A DNA stretch of 64,000 nucleotides from Myxococcales bacterium (GCA_022563535.1 JADFNE010000005.1:46397-110396); one strand, 5' to 3'; shown: positions 1 through 9,478, numbered from the stretch's first letter. The notes: generated by a model not told the origin, from the letters alone. Numbers and translations: made by a program.

Positions 1-1
1 G

Positions 2-487
2 GCCTGCCGCGAGAACCTCGATCAGCTGATCTCCCGAGGCCATTCAGTAGTCGTTTTTCCCGAAGGCGCGCGCGGCGCGGCGCGTTCCTTTCGCGATCGC
101 TACCAGGTGGGTCGCTTCGGACGGGGTGGCGCGATTCGAGCGGCGATCGAAAATCGAATTCCACTGGTTCCGGTGGGCATCGTCGGCGCAGAAGAGGCTT
201 ACCCGCGGCTCGGCGACACGTCTACCCTGGGAAGACTGGCATCCCGGGATCTCGGCCTGCCAGTATTGCCCATCACGCCGACCTTTCCGCTGCTCGGGCC
301 ACTCGGCCTGCTACCGCTGCCGTCCAAGTGGGTGATCACGATCGGCGAACCCATCTCGTTGCTCGAACTGGAACCTGACGCGGCCAACGACGATGTCTCC
401 GTCTCCCATCTCACGGAGGCACTGCGCGAAGAAGTCCAACGCCTGGTTGAACGCGGACTCGAAGCGCGATCCTCGACTTGGCTCTAG
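2..487 (+). CDS. Lysophospholipid / 1-acylglycerol-3-phosphate acyltransferase family protein, 5' end cut by window edge
   Basis: The frame of ORF 107..487 stays open back to base 2. The translation contains the acyltransferase block VVVFPEGARG and IPLVPVGIVGAEE. Confidence 0.7.
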   Translation, partial: ACRENLDQLISRGHSVVVFPEGARGAARSFRDRYQVGRFGRGGAIRAAIENRIPLVPVGIVGAEEAYPRLGDTSTLGRLASRDLGLPVLPITPTFPLLGPLGLLPLPSKWVITIGEPISLLELEPDAANDDVSVSHLTEALREEVQRLVERGLEARSSTWL

Positions 488-505
488 CAGCCTGTTAGCA
501 GGCCG

Positions 506-1153
506 CTAGCGCTCCTGCGCCGAATCTCCCCGCCCTTCATCTCGGGCCGGTTGTTGGCTCGGCGAATTGGCAAAAGCTTTTTCGAGATCGCGCACGGCTT
601 GAGCCACGCGTTCGAGGTTTTGATTGAGCGCCTCTACGTCTTTGCGTCGGGGCAGGTCGAGAAGCTTGAAGACGCGTTCGACGGCGCTTTGGACCGCGGC
701 GTCGAGGTCCGGAGATGCATAGGCAATCCAATCTCCCAAGCCGCGCCGCTCTCCGCCCGAAGCGTTTTCCTGCTGCGATTGGGCATCTTTGTCCCCGTCG
801 GGCCGCGCTTCCGAATGGGGTCCCTGGATGATGCGCCGAAAACGGTCCTGGATCTCTTCCAAGTTTTCGCTGGCGTCACCCACGCCTTTTTTCAGCACGT
901 CGTACAGGGCGTCGCCGCCGCGTTCCATGATCTGTGAGAGCAAGCTCGAAGGAGGGGGACTGTTGGAACGCTTCGAATCGACCAGGATCTGGGAAAGCGC
1001 GATCGAAGTGATGTCATCGCCGGTCTCGTTGTCGATGACGCGAACTTCTTCGCCTTCGTCGAGTAGTTCGGCGATTCCCTTCAGCGTGATATAGCGGCTT
1101 GATTTGGTGTTGTAGAGCTTCCGGTTGGCGTAGCGTTTGATCAAAATCGACAT
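506..1153 (-). CDS. phaR: Polyhydroxyalkanoate synthesis repressor PhaR
   Basis: The internal ATG at 1153 gives MSILIKRYANRKLYNTKSSRYITLKGIAELLDEGEEVRVIDNETGDDITS, the canonical PhaR N-terminus. The upstream part of ORF 506..1240 is Arg/Pro-rich junk. Confidence 0.85.
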   Translation of the reverse strand: MSILIKRYANRKLYNTKSSRYITLKGIAELLDEGEEVRVIDNETGDDITSIALSQILVDSKRSNSPPPSSLLSQIMERGGDALYDVLKKGVGDASENLEEIQDRFRRIIQGPHSEARPDGDKDAQSQQENASGGERRGLGDWIAYASPDLDAAVQSAVERVFKLLDLPRRKDVEALNQNLERVAQAVRDLEKAFANSPSQQPARDEGRGDSAQER

Positions 1154-1273
1154 GGTGTTTCTCGATCTGTCTCGGCCAAACTCGGCGTGGAATCTCGGGT
1201 TTCGCGGAGAGGACCCAGGCGGTCCGCGGCTCCGCTGCAAGCTGTCAAACTAGCACGCGCAGGGGGTCGGAGC

Positions 1274-1834
1274 CTACCCCTCGATCTTGATGCGCTGCAC
1301 CCTTGGCGTCCTCTGCACACACTCGTCAGGCGACTTCTTCTCTGCTGCAGGAGCTGCCTCGTTCGCTTCGGAGCAGGGCTCGTCGCCCTCGGCAGACGCC
1401 CGGTCGCTCCCGGCGGTCTGGGGCCGAACGCCCAACTCCCATAAAAATTCGCGCAGGCCGAGAAATGCGCGCAGGACCGCGCGGGCATCATCGTCCGCCC
1501 GAGAGCGAACATCCCAGCGCGAAATCTCGGCATCGAGAGCCTCGAGCAGAGCGGAGAGGGCTGCGTTATTCGGGGAGGACGTCGCTCCCGAAAGCGCCTC
1601 GGTCATTTGATCCAGGGCCTGCGCGAATTCGGAGAGATGTGGATGCGTCTGTGCCGACTCGCCGCTCATGCCGATGCTGGCGGCGTCGAGCAGCGCCCGG
1701 GCGCTCGCCACGCCTTCGGCAAGCGCAAGCCCCGCGTGGTGCGCGGCGCGTTCGATGGCCTGTCGGACGGACCCGTCGGTTTCGCGCTTCTCACGCTTGC
1801 CGTCTCTTTGTTTCCGTTTTGAGTCTGCGCTCAT
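1274..1834 (-). CDS. Hypothetical helical acidic protein, coupled to the ArsA-like pair
   Basis: The ATG at 1834 (MSADSKRKQRDGKREK...) overlaps the upstream stop as ATGA. The longer 1274..2134 ORF overlaps the ArsA gene and is Arg-rich. Confidence 0.6.
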   Translation of the reverse strand: MSADSKRKQRDGKREKRETDGSVRQAIERAAHHAGLALAEGVASARALLDAASIGMSGESAQTHPHLSEFAQALDQMTEALSGATSSPNNAALSALLEALDAEISRWDVRSRADDDARAVLRAFLGLREFLWELGVRPQTAGSDRASAEGDEPCSEANEAAPAAEKKSPDECVQRTPRVQRIKIEG

Positions 1835-2997
1835 GTGGCGACCTCGCTGCCGATCAACAATTCGCTGGCGATCTGGCTGAGACCCTCGAGGTCGCTTATG
1901 TCCCGGGACTGTTCCGGCACCATGCGAAAAAAACAGCCGCTCCGCTCTGCACGGCCACACAGGACCCGGGTGTTTTCGTAGTCGCGGAGTGCTTCGTGCG
2001 CGTATTCGCTGGTCGCAGCGGCGGCTGCCTCGGCTGCGGCCGGATCGCCCAGTGCGGTCGCGAGCTGCTCGAGGTCTCGTCGGGCGACTCTCCCCGCAGC
2101 GAGATCCCGCGGCGGCGGCTGCGACCCGGGCCACAGGTGCATTCGGTTGATCACGACTCCCTGCACGGAGGCGTGGGCTTCGTCGAGGTGTTCGAGAAAC
2201 AGCTCGGCGTTGTAACTGGATTCCCGGCCGGGCCCCGCGACCAGGACAAAAGCCGCATCGCTTCCCAACAGGGTTTTCTGGATTCGGTTGGCCCGCTGTT
2301 TGAATCCGTCCGACATGTCGTCGATCGCCTTCAAGAAAGCCGCGAGGTCCTCGAGAAAACCCACGCCCGTCAAGCGTTCGACGAGTTGCAGCACCCCCTG
2401 AACCGGTCGCTGAAACAAGCGCACACCGAAGCGACCCGCTGTCACCGCGGGATGCACCAGCAACCGGACAAGACGGCTGTCGAGAAACTCGACCAGTCGC
2501 TTGGGTGCGTCGAGAAAGTCCAGCAGGTGTTGCGCCGGTGGCGTATCGACGACCACGAGGTCAAAGCGCCCCGATTCGGACATTTCCAGAACCTTTTCCA
2601 TCGCCGCGTATTCGCCGCTCCCGGCGAGCGCCCCGGAAACGTGCTGGTAGATCGGGTTGTCGAGAATTCTGCGATGAGAAGCATCGTCGGGGGCGAAGCG
2701 CGCGATCACGGCATCGAAGGTGCGCTTGGTGTCGAGCATCATGGCGTAGAGCTCGAATTCGGATTCGTCCTCGCGAAGCTGGACTCGCTGGGGTTCGTTT
2801 CCCAGTTCGCGAATCCCCATCGCGTCGGCCAGTCGTTTGGCGGGATCAATGGTCAGCACCAGGGTCTTGCGTCCCATGCGTGCCGCGGCCAGGGCCAGAG
2901 CCGCGGCCACTGTTGTTTTCCCTACCCCGCCGGTTCCGACGCATACGACAATGCTGCGCTCGCGGATGAGGTCTGCGGGGTTTCGAGGGGGCATCAC
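1831..2997 (-). CDS. ArsA/GET3-family P-loop ATPase (second of a pair)
   Basis: IVVCVGTGGVGKTTVAAALALAAARMGRKTLVLTIDPAKRLADAMG. ATGA overlap with the upstream paralog. Confidence 0.8.
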   Translation of the reverse strand: MMPPRNPADLIRERSIVVCVGTGGVGKTTVAAALALAAARMGRKTLVLTIDPAKRLADAMGIRELGNEPQRVQLREDESEFELYAMMLDTKRTFDAVIARFAPDDASHRRILDNPIYQHVSGALAGSGEYAAMEKVLEMSESGRFDLVVVDTPPAQHLLDFLDAPKRLVEFLDSRLVRLLVHPAVTAGRFGVRLFQRPVQGVLQLVERLTGVGFLEDLAAFLKAIDDMSDGFKQRANRIQKTLLGSDAAFVLVAGPGRESSYNAELFLEHLDEAHASVQGVVINRMHLWPGSQPPPRDLAAGRVARRDLEQLATALGDPAAAEAAAAATSEYAHEALRDYENTRVLCGRAERSGCFFRMVPEQSRDISDLEGLSQIASELLIGSEVAT

Positions 2998-3974
2998 GCT
3001 CGGCTTCCCGATTTGCGCAGCAGTTCGCGTCCGAGCCGCAAGAGGTCTCGCGGAGCTTCGATACTGCCGGGGATGTCGGACAGTGGAACGATCGGAAGCG
3101 CGATCCGCTCGGCCAGTTCGGAGACGTAGGCGTGGTTGAGTTCAAAGCGGGCGCGTCGCGCAGCGCAGCAGTGGGCGAGCACACGCGGAGCGGGCAGGGA
3201 TCCGAACGTCGTCCCGGCTGGCAATGCTTCGATTCGGGCTTCCAGATCGTCGAACTCCTTCGCAAAGGGGGCGGGGACCACGCGGTTGACCACGACGCGA
3301 TCGAGAGGCACACCCAGGTCGTTGCTCGCCCGCGCGACGAGTTCGACAGTCTCTCGCACCGGGAGTTCCTCGGCTAGGGTCACGGGCAGCAGACGGGTTC
3401 GATCCGAATCCTGAAGCAATGCCTCGATGTCTCGGGCGCGGCGGCGCAGGGGGCCGGATTTGATCGCCGACTGAACCACGCGCGGCACGTCGAGAAACGT
3501 CAGACCGTGGCCGCTGGCCGGAGCGTCGACCACGATCAAATCGTATTCGGGGCGAGCGCGATCTCGGCCGAGCCTCTCGAGCTGATCGATTTTTCCCAGG
3601 ATCACGAGTTCTCGCCAACCGGGGGCGGCCGCGAGCAGCTGGTGGAAGGTGGCATGTCGCAGACTTCGTTTCACCAGCGACTCGAGGCCGATCTGCATGC
3701 TGAGGTATTCCGCCAGGGCCTCGAAGGGGTCGATGTGGAAGACCCAGAGCGAGGGCTGAAGTTCGCGACCCGCATAGCCGACCGGCCGGGAATCGGGATC
3801 GAGCAGGCGGTGGAGATGCTCGTCCCGGCCCAGTTCGATGAGGGCGACACGACGACCACTCTCCGCGGCGGCCAGGGCAGTGGCGGCCGCCACGGTGGTC
3901 TTTCCGCAGCCGCCCTTTCCAGTCACGACGATCAGCCTGCAATCGAGCAGGGGTCGCTGAGGAGTTTCCGGCAT
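2994..3974 (-). CDS. ArsA/GET3-family P-loop ATPase (first of a pair)
   Basis: LIVVTGKGGCGKTTVAAATALAAAESGRRVALIELGRDEH. DLIVVDAPASGHGLTFL resembles the ArsA switch region. Confidence 0.8.
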   Translation of the reverse strand: MPETPQRPLLDCRLIVVTGKGGCGKTTVAAATALAAAESGRRVALIELGRDEHLHRLLDPDSRPVGYAGRELQPSLWVFHIDPFEALAEYLSMQIGLESLVKRSLRHATFHQLLAAAPGWRELVILGKIDQLERLGRDRARPEYDLIVVDAPASGHGLTFLDVPRVVQSAIKSGPLRRRARDIEALLQDSDRTRLLPVTLAEELPVRETVELVARASNDLGVPLDRVVVNRVVPAPFAKEFDDLEARIEALPAGTTFGSLPAPRVLAHCCAARRARFELNHAYVSELAERIALPIVPLSDIPGSIEAPRDLLRLGRELLRKSGSRA

Positions 3975-4190
3975 CTTTTGCCTTCCGGTTCGAACCAGGG
4001 GAAGTCTCGCAGCACATTACCGCTGTACGATCATAGATCAGCCCCAAACGAGCCTGCACCGCTTCCGCGATTCAAAGAAACGGAGAGCTGCGGCGGATTG
4101 AGGGAGAATCGGGGCGCCCGGGGCCGGTCCGTTCTCGCGGCGCTCAAGCGGTGCGCGAGTCCGTCCGAAACACCCACGTGAACCAGCGGA

Positions 4191-5807
4191 ATGTGTACCG
4201 AAGCTGGGGAGAATGCCTTGGTCGTTGAATGCAAGAAATGTGGGACGAGATTTCAGCTCGATTCGGCGCGGATTCCCGACGACGGGATTCGGGTGCGTTG
4301 CTCGCGCTGCAAGAACGCCTTCTTCCTCCAGCATCCTTCACAGAGCCAGGTGAACGCAGTCGAGGCGGTGGTCGAAGAGGCCGTCGCGCACGAAGGACTG
4401 GCACCCCCCGGCAGCACCCAGGATTTGCCGATCGCGCCGCAGTCGGAAACTCCGGCTACGAGCGTTGCGTCCGACGATGAAGATGAATTCGGCGACTACG
4501 AAGACGATGACAACTGGGAATTCAACGAAGATCCGCCCGAGTTGGATGAGGACGAGCCAGCAGAGGACGATCCTGAAGATGAATTTTCAGAAGATGACGT
4601 TTCTGAAGTCGGCTTGGCTGGCGGCGAGAATAGCGGAGAGTTCGACGCCAGTGACTTCGAGGATGATTTCCAGGACGTCGGTTCGATCGATCTAGATCAC
4701 GACCGCTCGTTTACGACCGATCCGGAGGCGAGCGCCTCCATTGCGGCCAGCTCCTTCGAATCGGAAGAAGCGCCAGCCGGCACGCTTTCGAACTCGATGG
4801 AAATGGGCGCCGACGACCTGATCGCCTCGAACATGTCGATCGAAACGCCCCCGCCCCCGGTCCCCGCCGCGGTCGAAATCGAGAAAGCATCGCAGCCCGA
4901 ACTCGGTATCGCGGGAGCGCGCGAAGAGGCCTTTGGCTCGGTAGACGATTTTTCCAATTTGATCGATTCCGACGAGCCGCCGGCCGCGACACCGGCCGCG
5001 ACACCGGCCGCAAGCCAGGTAGAAATCTCAGATAATCCCGAAGAATGGGACTTCTTCGGCGATGCGGACGCGAAGGCTCCCGGCGCAAAGTCGGCGGAGC
5101 CTCCTGCGCCGACGAACACGCTCCCCGAAACCGCCACATCCGCCGAACACACGCAACCTGTAGAACGCGAAGCACCGAATGACTGGAAGAGAATCGACGG
5201 CCACCGCCCCGCCAGCGGAATTGTGGCGATTGCCTCCGCTCTGGCCTGGGTCGCGATTCTCGGCCTGCTGGCGGCGGGGGTCTTCCTCGGTGTCACGGGA
5301 TCGGTCGATCGGAGCGTGAGCGCCCCCGCGTTCGTCAGCGTCGGAGAGATGCGGGTCGCCAACATTCGCGGACAGTTTTTGGAGACCGCTCGGGCCGGAA
5401 CCCTCTACGTGGTCACCGGCGATCTCGTCAACCCCGGCAACGCTGCCAGGGCGCTGCATCACACGGTGTACGTGAACCTGCTCGGAGCGGACGGTCGCGT
5501 GCTCGATGCGCCCCCCGCCTTTGCCGGTCGCGACGTTGCACTCAACCTGCTGCGCGAAATGACGGTCGACGAACTGCAAGAGAGCCAACTGATTGCTTCG
5601 CAAGCGTTGGCGATGCAGGAAATTGGTCCCGGACAATCGGCCACCTTTGCGGCGGCGTTTGTCGCGCTGCCGGAAGAGGCTTCGCATTTTCAAATCCGGA
5701 CAGTGAAGTCAGAACCGCCGACCGAGCTGGCGGTTCCGGACAGCGTTGAAGTCTCGCTGAGCGATGCGGGGCCAGAGCCGCAACCGGAGTCGCTGCAAGC
5801 TCCCTAG
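4191..5807 (+). CDS. MJ0042-type zinc-ribbon protein with long acidic disordered region, one TM helix and a DUF3426-like C-terminal domain
   Basis: N-terminus VVECKKCGTRFQLDSARIPDDGIRVRCSRCKNAFFL (double CxxC). D/E-rich stretch. TM helix IVAIASALAWVAILGLLAAGVFLGV. C-terminal domain GTLYVVTGDLVNPG...GPGQSATFAAAFVALPEEASHFQI. Confidence 0.75.
   Translation: MCTEAGENALVVECKKCGTRFQLDSARIPDDGIRVRCSRCKNAFFLQHPSQSQVNAVEAVVEEAVAHEGLAPPGSTQDLPIAPQSETPATSVASDDEDEFGDYEDDDNWEFNEDPPELDEDEPAEDDPEDEFSEDDVSEVGLAGGENSGEFDASDFEDDFQDVGSIDLDHDRSFTTDPEASASIAASSFESEEAPAGTLSNSMEMGADDLIASNMSIETPPPPVPAAVEIEKASQPELGIAGAREEAFGSVDDFSNLIDSDEPPAATPAATPAASQVEISDNPEEWDFFGDADAKAPGAKSAEPPAPTNTLPETATSAEHTQPVEREAPNDWKRIDGHRPASGIVAIASALAWVAILGLLAAGVFLGVTGSVDRSVSAPAFVSVGEMRVANIRGQFLETARAGTLYVVTGDLVNPGNAARALHHTVYVNLLGADGRVLDAPPAFAGRDVALNLLREMTVDELQESQLIASQALAMQEIGPGQSATFAAAFVALPEEASHFQIRTVKSEPPTELAVPDSVEVSLSDAGPEPQPESLQAP
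4979..5014 (+). repeat. In-frame 12-bp tandem repeat ccggccgcgaca x2 plus one degenerate copy (encodes PAAT PAAT PAAS)
   Basis: Read directly from the sequence at 4979..5014. Confidence 0.8.
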
Positions 5808-6001
5808 GGCTTGGTCTCGCCTTCTTCGACGCTTTCTTTTTCGGGCGTCACGTCGATCTCGTCTTGGCCCGACATCCCGCTCTTGAAATTCTTGATCGCC
5901 TTGCCGATCCCCGAGCCGAGTTCGGGCAGGCGCTTCGCGCCGAAGAGCACGACGACGATTGCCAGGATGATTCCGAGTTCCAACGGTCCCAAACCAAACA
6001 T
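5804..6001 (-). CDS. tatA: Twin-arginine translocase subunit TatA/E
   Basis: MFGLGPLELGIILAIVVVLFGAKRLPELGSGIGKAIKNFK is the canonical TatA. Confidence 0.9.
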   Translation of the reverse strand: MFGLGPLELGIILAIVVVLFGAKRLPELGSGIGKAIKNFKSGMSGQDEIDVTPEKESVEEGETKP

Positions 6002-6091
6002 GCCGACGTCCCCTTAGTTGTCCAACCAGAGGGGAATGTGCCGTTCGAACCTCTCGGGGTCAAGCCAGTCTGGCGGGGAGGGTCCGACCCC

Positions 6092-7174
6092 TCATTGGGT
6101 GGCGTGATCCGTCGCGGCGAGTTCCCGCTCGACAATGCTTTGAAATGTCTGAAGATCCTGGGCGCCGTGCAACAAGATTCCGTTGATGAAGAAGGTTGGG
6201 GTTGCCCTGGCCCCCAGTGCCACTGCGGCCGCTACGTCCTCTTCGATCCGTTGGCGAGTGCCATCGGCTTCGAGGCAGGTCTGGAAGGCCGCCGAATCCA
6301 GTCCAATTTGTTCCGCGTACTGCAACAGATTTGCGGCGAAAAGAGAACGCTGATTGGCAAACAGGAGATCGTGGTAGTCCCAGAAGCGCGATTGTCGTTC
6401 GGCGCAAACTGCGGCTTTCGCGGCCGGCAGAGCGTTTTTGTGAAAATCCAAGGGGAGGTGCCGGTAGACGAAGCGGAGCTTTCCAGGGAAGAGCTGGTCG
6501 AGTTCACGTAGGGTCGCTTCCGCGCGTTGGCAGTACCCACATTGGTAGTCGCTGAACTCGACGATCGTGACCGGAGCATCCGCCGGACCGCGCGATGCGC
6601 CCCCCGCTGGAACGCGATACCGCTCGACGGGTGGAGGCGGCGGTTGGATCAGCAGGATTTCGATATCGGCCTCGCGGCGCAGCGCGGTGACCACGCGAAC
6701 GGAATCGTCCGATACCAGAAACTTTCGGATCTTGGGGCGCAGCTGCTCGAGAGATTCGACGGGGGTGATGCGATCCCTGTATCGCTCGTAGAATTTGTCG
6801 ACTTCGTCGTTCGTCACGAGCCCCAGGGCCGCGGTCTCCTTGTCGAGATATGCGTCGGCAGAGAGTCCCTCACTGGCGGCGGCGCGGTCGATCAGTCTGT
6901 CCCCGATGACGCCCTCGAGGCCAGCCCGGTGCAACTGGTAGAGTTCAGCCGGGTCCTTCCCAATTTTGCGAAGCCAGTCGTCCTTCAGCCATCGATCGAG
7001 TTCTCGCAAATGGATGGGTTGGCCGTCGATCCGGGCGACCACAGCGCCGGCGGGCTCTTGTTCCTCGCTCGCGGGCAGGGATCGGTCGGCAGCCAGATTC
7101 GAACACGCCGTCGAGCAAAATGAGCTGGCGACCAGAAGAATTGTCAGCATCGCCTGTTCAAAAAATCGAGACAC
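6092..7174 (-). CDS. DsbA-family thiol:disulfide oxidoreductase lipoprotein with N-terminal chaperone-like domain
   Basis: Signal/lipobox LLVASSFCSTAC. Thioredoxin active site EFSDYQCGYCQRAE. ATPTFFINGILLHGA. Confidence 0.8.
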   Translation of the reverse strand: MSRFFEQAMLTILLVASSFCSTACSNLAADRSLPASEEQEPAGAVVARIDGQPIHLRELDRWLKDDWLRKIGKDPAELYQLHRAGLEGVIGDRLIDRAAASEGLSADAYLDKETAALGLVTNDEVDKFYERYRDRITPVESLEQLRPKIRKFLVSDDSVRVVTALRREADIEILLIQPPPPPVERYRVPAGGASRGPADAPVTIVEFSDYQCGYCQRAEATLRELDQLFPGKLRFVYRHLPLDFHKNALPAAKAAVCAERQSRFWDYHDLLFANQRSLFAANLLQYAEQIGLDSAAFQTCLEADGTRQRIEEDVAAAVALGARATPTFFINGILLHGAQDLQTFQSIVERELAATDHATQ

Positions 7175-7273
7175 GGCTCTCTACCCCCGCCGAAACGCTA
7201 TCCGAAGATCGTCGCTGCCGCTGCAGAGCACTGTGCGATTGATTCGTCCAGGTCTACGTGTAACGCTCAGGCG

Positions 7274-7744
7274 ATGGAACATCGAGAATTGATGGAACAA
7301 GCGATCGCTTTGTCCCAGGAAGGGATGCGCCTGGGGGACGGAGGCCCCTTTGGTGCCGTGGTGGCCCGGCGGGGGGAGGTAATTGCCGAGGGCTGGAATC
7401 GCGTGCTTTCGAGCCATGACCCCACCGCTCATGCCGAGGTTGTTGCGATCCGGGCCGCGGCAAAATCCCTCGGCTCTTTTTCTCTCGACGGCTGTGTGCT
7501 GTACAGCTCTTGTGAGCCCTGCCCAATGTGTCTGGCGGCCACGTACTGGGCTCGTATCGAACACGTCTACTTCGCCAATACCCGAGCCGATGCGGCGGCG
7601 ATCGGTTTCGACGACCAGTTTTTTTACGATGAACTTTCGCGGCCAGTCTCCGACCGTTCGCTTCCCATGACACACATGGAAGTTGCCGGTGCTGCGCTTC
7701 CCATGCAGGCATGGCGCGAAGACACAAAAAAGATCTCCTACTGA
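7274..7744 (+). CDS. guaD: Guanine deaminase (CDA-fold, Bacillus GuaD type)
   Basis: GGPFGAVVARRGEVIAEGWNRV...DPTAHAEVVAIR...SSCEPCPMCLAATYWARI...GFDD. Colinear with my recollection of B. subtilis GuaD. Confidence 0.8.
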   Translation: MEHRELMEQAIALSQEGMRLGDGGPFGAVVARRGEVIAEGWNRVLSSHDPTAHAEVVAIRAAAKSLGSFSLDGCVLYSSCEPCPMCLAATYWARIEHVYFANTRADAAAIGFDDQFFYDELSRPVSDRSLPMTHMEVAGAALPMQAWREDTKKISY

Positions 7745-7887
7745 GGGTGCGCTCCCATGTGTTGCATCAATTCGTTGAATGATGGCACCGCCTGCGTCTC
7801 TCTTGCGTGTTACACCGCTTCCGGGGGCCCGATTCTTCAATCTCATGGAGGCTCTGCCGATAAGTTCCGGTAGGGAGACCGGGCTCC

Positions 7888-8166
7888 ATGATCAAGGTCG
7901 TTCGCAGTGCGCTGTTGATCGCAGTGATCTACTTCGCGGGTAGCTACTACTTCGATAAACCCGAAGAGATCAAAAAAGACGCGGCCGCAGTTCGGGAGAT
8001 GGTCAAAGCGCTACCCGAACCCGAGCAGGTCATGGACTCGGTTCGCGCCACTGGCGACAGGGCAGATCAAGGGGTTTCTCGGGCCAAGCGACGCCTCGAT
8101 ACCGTTCGCGAAAAGGTCCAGCACTCCATCGCGCTCGGATCCGAGCGGTTCGCCGGTTCGGACTGA
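7888..8166 (+). CDS. Hypothetical small membrane-anchored protein
   Basis: ATG start and N-terminal TM helix SALLIAVIYFAGSYYF. No recognisable domain. Confidence 0.45.
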   Translation: MIKVVRSALLIAVIYFAGSYYFDKPEEIKKDAAAVREMVKALPEPEQVMDSVRATGDRADQGVSRAKRRLDTVREKVQHSIALGSERFAGSD

Positions 8167-8267
8167 TCGATCGGTGATCCGAACACCCTGCTAGCACCCC
8201 AGGTGAAATTCGCTCTGAAAAGGGCTAAAAGGTCCCGGCGAGAACCCGCCATGAGAGGGCCAATTCG

Positions 8268-8615
8268 ATGTCCGGGGAATCCGGGGAAGACGTTCTTTCG
8301 CGCTTGATCGAGCTGATCGAAGAACGCAAACGCCTGCGTCCAGAGGGCAGCTACGTCGTCTCGCTGCTCGATGGTGGAGTGGAGGCCATCGCGGCGAAGG
8401 TTCGCGAAGAAGCCGACGAACTCATCGAGGCCGCGGCCGCTGACGACACCGCTCACACCGCACACGAGGCCGCGGATCTGCTGTTTCATGTCTGCGTATT
8501 GTTGAGCCATGCAGGTGTTTCCCTCGACGATGTGCTGGCTGTTCTCGAATCGCGATTCGGGATCGGCGGCTTCGAAGAAAAAGCCAGTCGAGACAAGAAC
8601 AGGGAGAACGGGTGA
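8268..8615 (+). CDS. hisE: Phosphoribosyl-ATP pyrophosphatase HisE (monofunctional)
   Basis: LSRLIELIEERKRLRPEGSYVVSLLDGG...KVREEADELIEAAA...EAADLLFHVCVLLSHAGVSLDDV. Confidence 0.9.
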   Translation: MSGESGEDVLSRLIELIEERKRLRPEGSYVVSLLDGGVEAIAAKVREEADELIEAAAADDTAHTAHEAADLLFHVCVLLSHAGVSLDDVLAVLESRFGIGGFEEKASRDKNRENG

Positions 8616-9478
8616 TGCTGGGAGGCGAACAGCTGCGCATCGCAGTGCCGTCGAAAGGGCGTCTGCGCGACAGTGCAATCGAAATATTGCGGGGTGCCGG
8701 GCTTCACTTCCGTCTCTCCGGACGGCGGCTGTTCTCGATCTGCACAGAGACCGAAACGCGCATCATATTTTCGAACGTACAGGACATCCCGGTGTTGGTG
8801 GCGGAGGGCGTGGTGGATCTCGGGATTACCGGAAGTGATCAGGTGCTCGAGAAGCGCGTCGAGGTGATCGAACACTGCAAGCTCGGCTTTGGCCAGTGTC
8901 GCGTTTCGGTGGCGGCACACAAAGACAGCGAGATTCGCAAAGCGTCCGATCTGAGTGGCAAGGTCGTGGGGTCGAGTTTCCCCAACCTCGCGGCCGACTA
9001 TTTTCGCGGCGAGGGGGCCGAAGACGTTCACATCCTCGCGATCGAGGGTGCGGTCGAAGTCATGGTGCTTCTGGGGCTCGTCGACGCCATTGTGGAGATC
9101 GTCGAGACCGGCAACAGCCTGCTCGAGAACGACCTCGTGGAACTCTGGCCGGTGCTCAGCGCCGAGGCTGTCTTGATTGGAAATCGCAATCCCCGGGAAC
9201 CGGAGGAGCGCGATCTTCTGCTGCGTCGGATCGACGGGGTGCTTGCCGCGCGTCGCTATTCCCTGCTGGAGTACAACTGCCCGGCGGACAAGCTCGAAGC
9301 AGCCACCCAGGTCACCCCCGGTTTCAGCTCGCCAACAGTGCAGAGCCTGGTGGACAAGGACTGGTACGCGGTGCGGGTGCTGGTCGAACGGGCACACGTC
9401 CACCGGATCCTGGACAAGCTTTCCGCCATCGGCTGCGTAGCCATCCTCGAATCGGATATCCGTCACACCCGGCTCTAG
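8615..9478 (+). CDS. hisG: ATP phosphoribosyltransferase, long form (paralog 1)
   Basis: LRIAVPSKGRLRDSAIEILRGAGL...DIPVLVAEGVVDLGITGSD...ETGNSL, plus a HisG_C-like tail. The ATG at 8615 overlaps the hisE stop (TGATG); an alternative GTG lies at 8612. Confidence 0.85.
   Translation: MLGGEQLRIAVPSKGRLRDSAIEILRGAGLHFRLSGRRLFSICTETETRIIFSNVQDIPVLVAEGVVDLGITGSDQVLEKRVEVIEHCKLGFGQCRVSVAAHKDSEIRKASDLSGKVVGSSFPNLAADYFRGEGAEDVHILAIEGAVEVMVLLGLVDAIVEIVETGNSLLENDLVELWPVLSAEAVLIGNRNPREPEERDLLLRRIDGVLAARRYSLLEYNCPADKLEAATQVTPGFSSPTVQSLVDKDWYAVRVLVERAHVHRILDKLSAIGCVAILESDIRHTRL

Noticed and set aside
1303-3129. 608-aa plus-strand ORF spanning the ArsA-like genes
   Set aside because: It is antisense to two ORFs with clear P-loop ATPase motifs. 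Its translation is Arg/Pro/Gly/Ser-rich with no motif. This is a typical shadow ORF in GC-rich DNA.
5804-5807. Convergent genes (zinc-ribbon protein and tatA) share overlapping stop codons within the palindrome CTAG
   Set aside because: The overlap is real in the sequence (TAG at 5805..5807 on plus, TAG from 5804..5806 on minus). It is most simply a by-product of tight gene packing, and I have no evidence of a functional role.
8486-9466. 326-aa minus-strand ORF
   Set aside because: It is antisense to hisG paralog 1 and has no recognisable motif.
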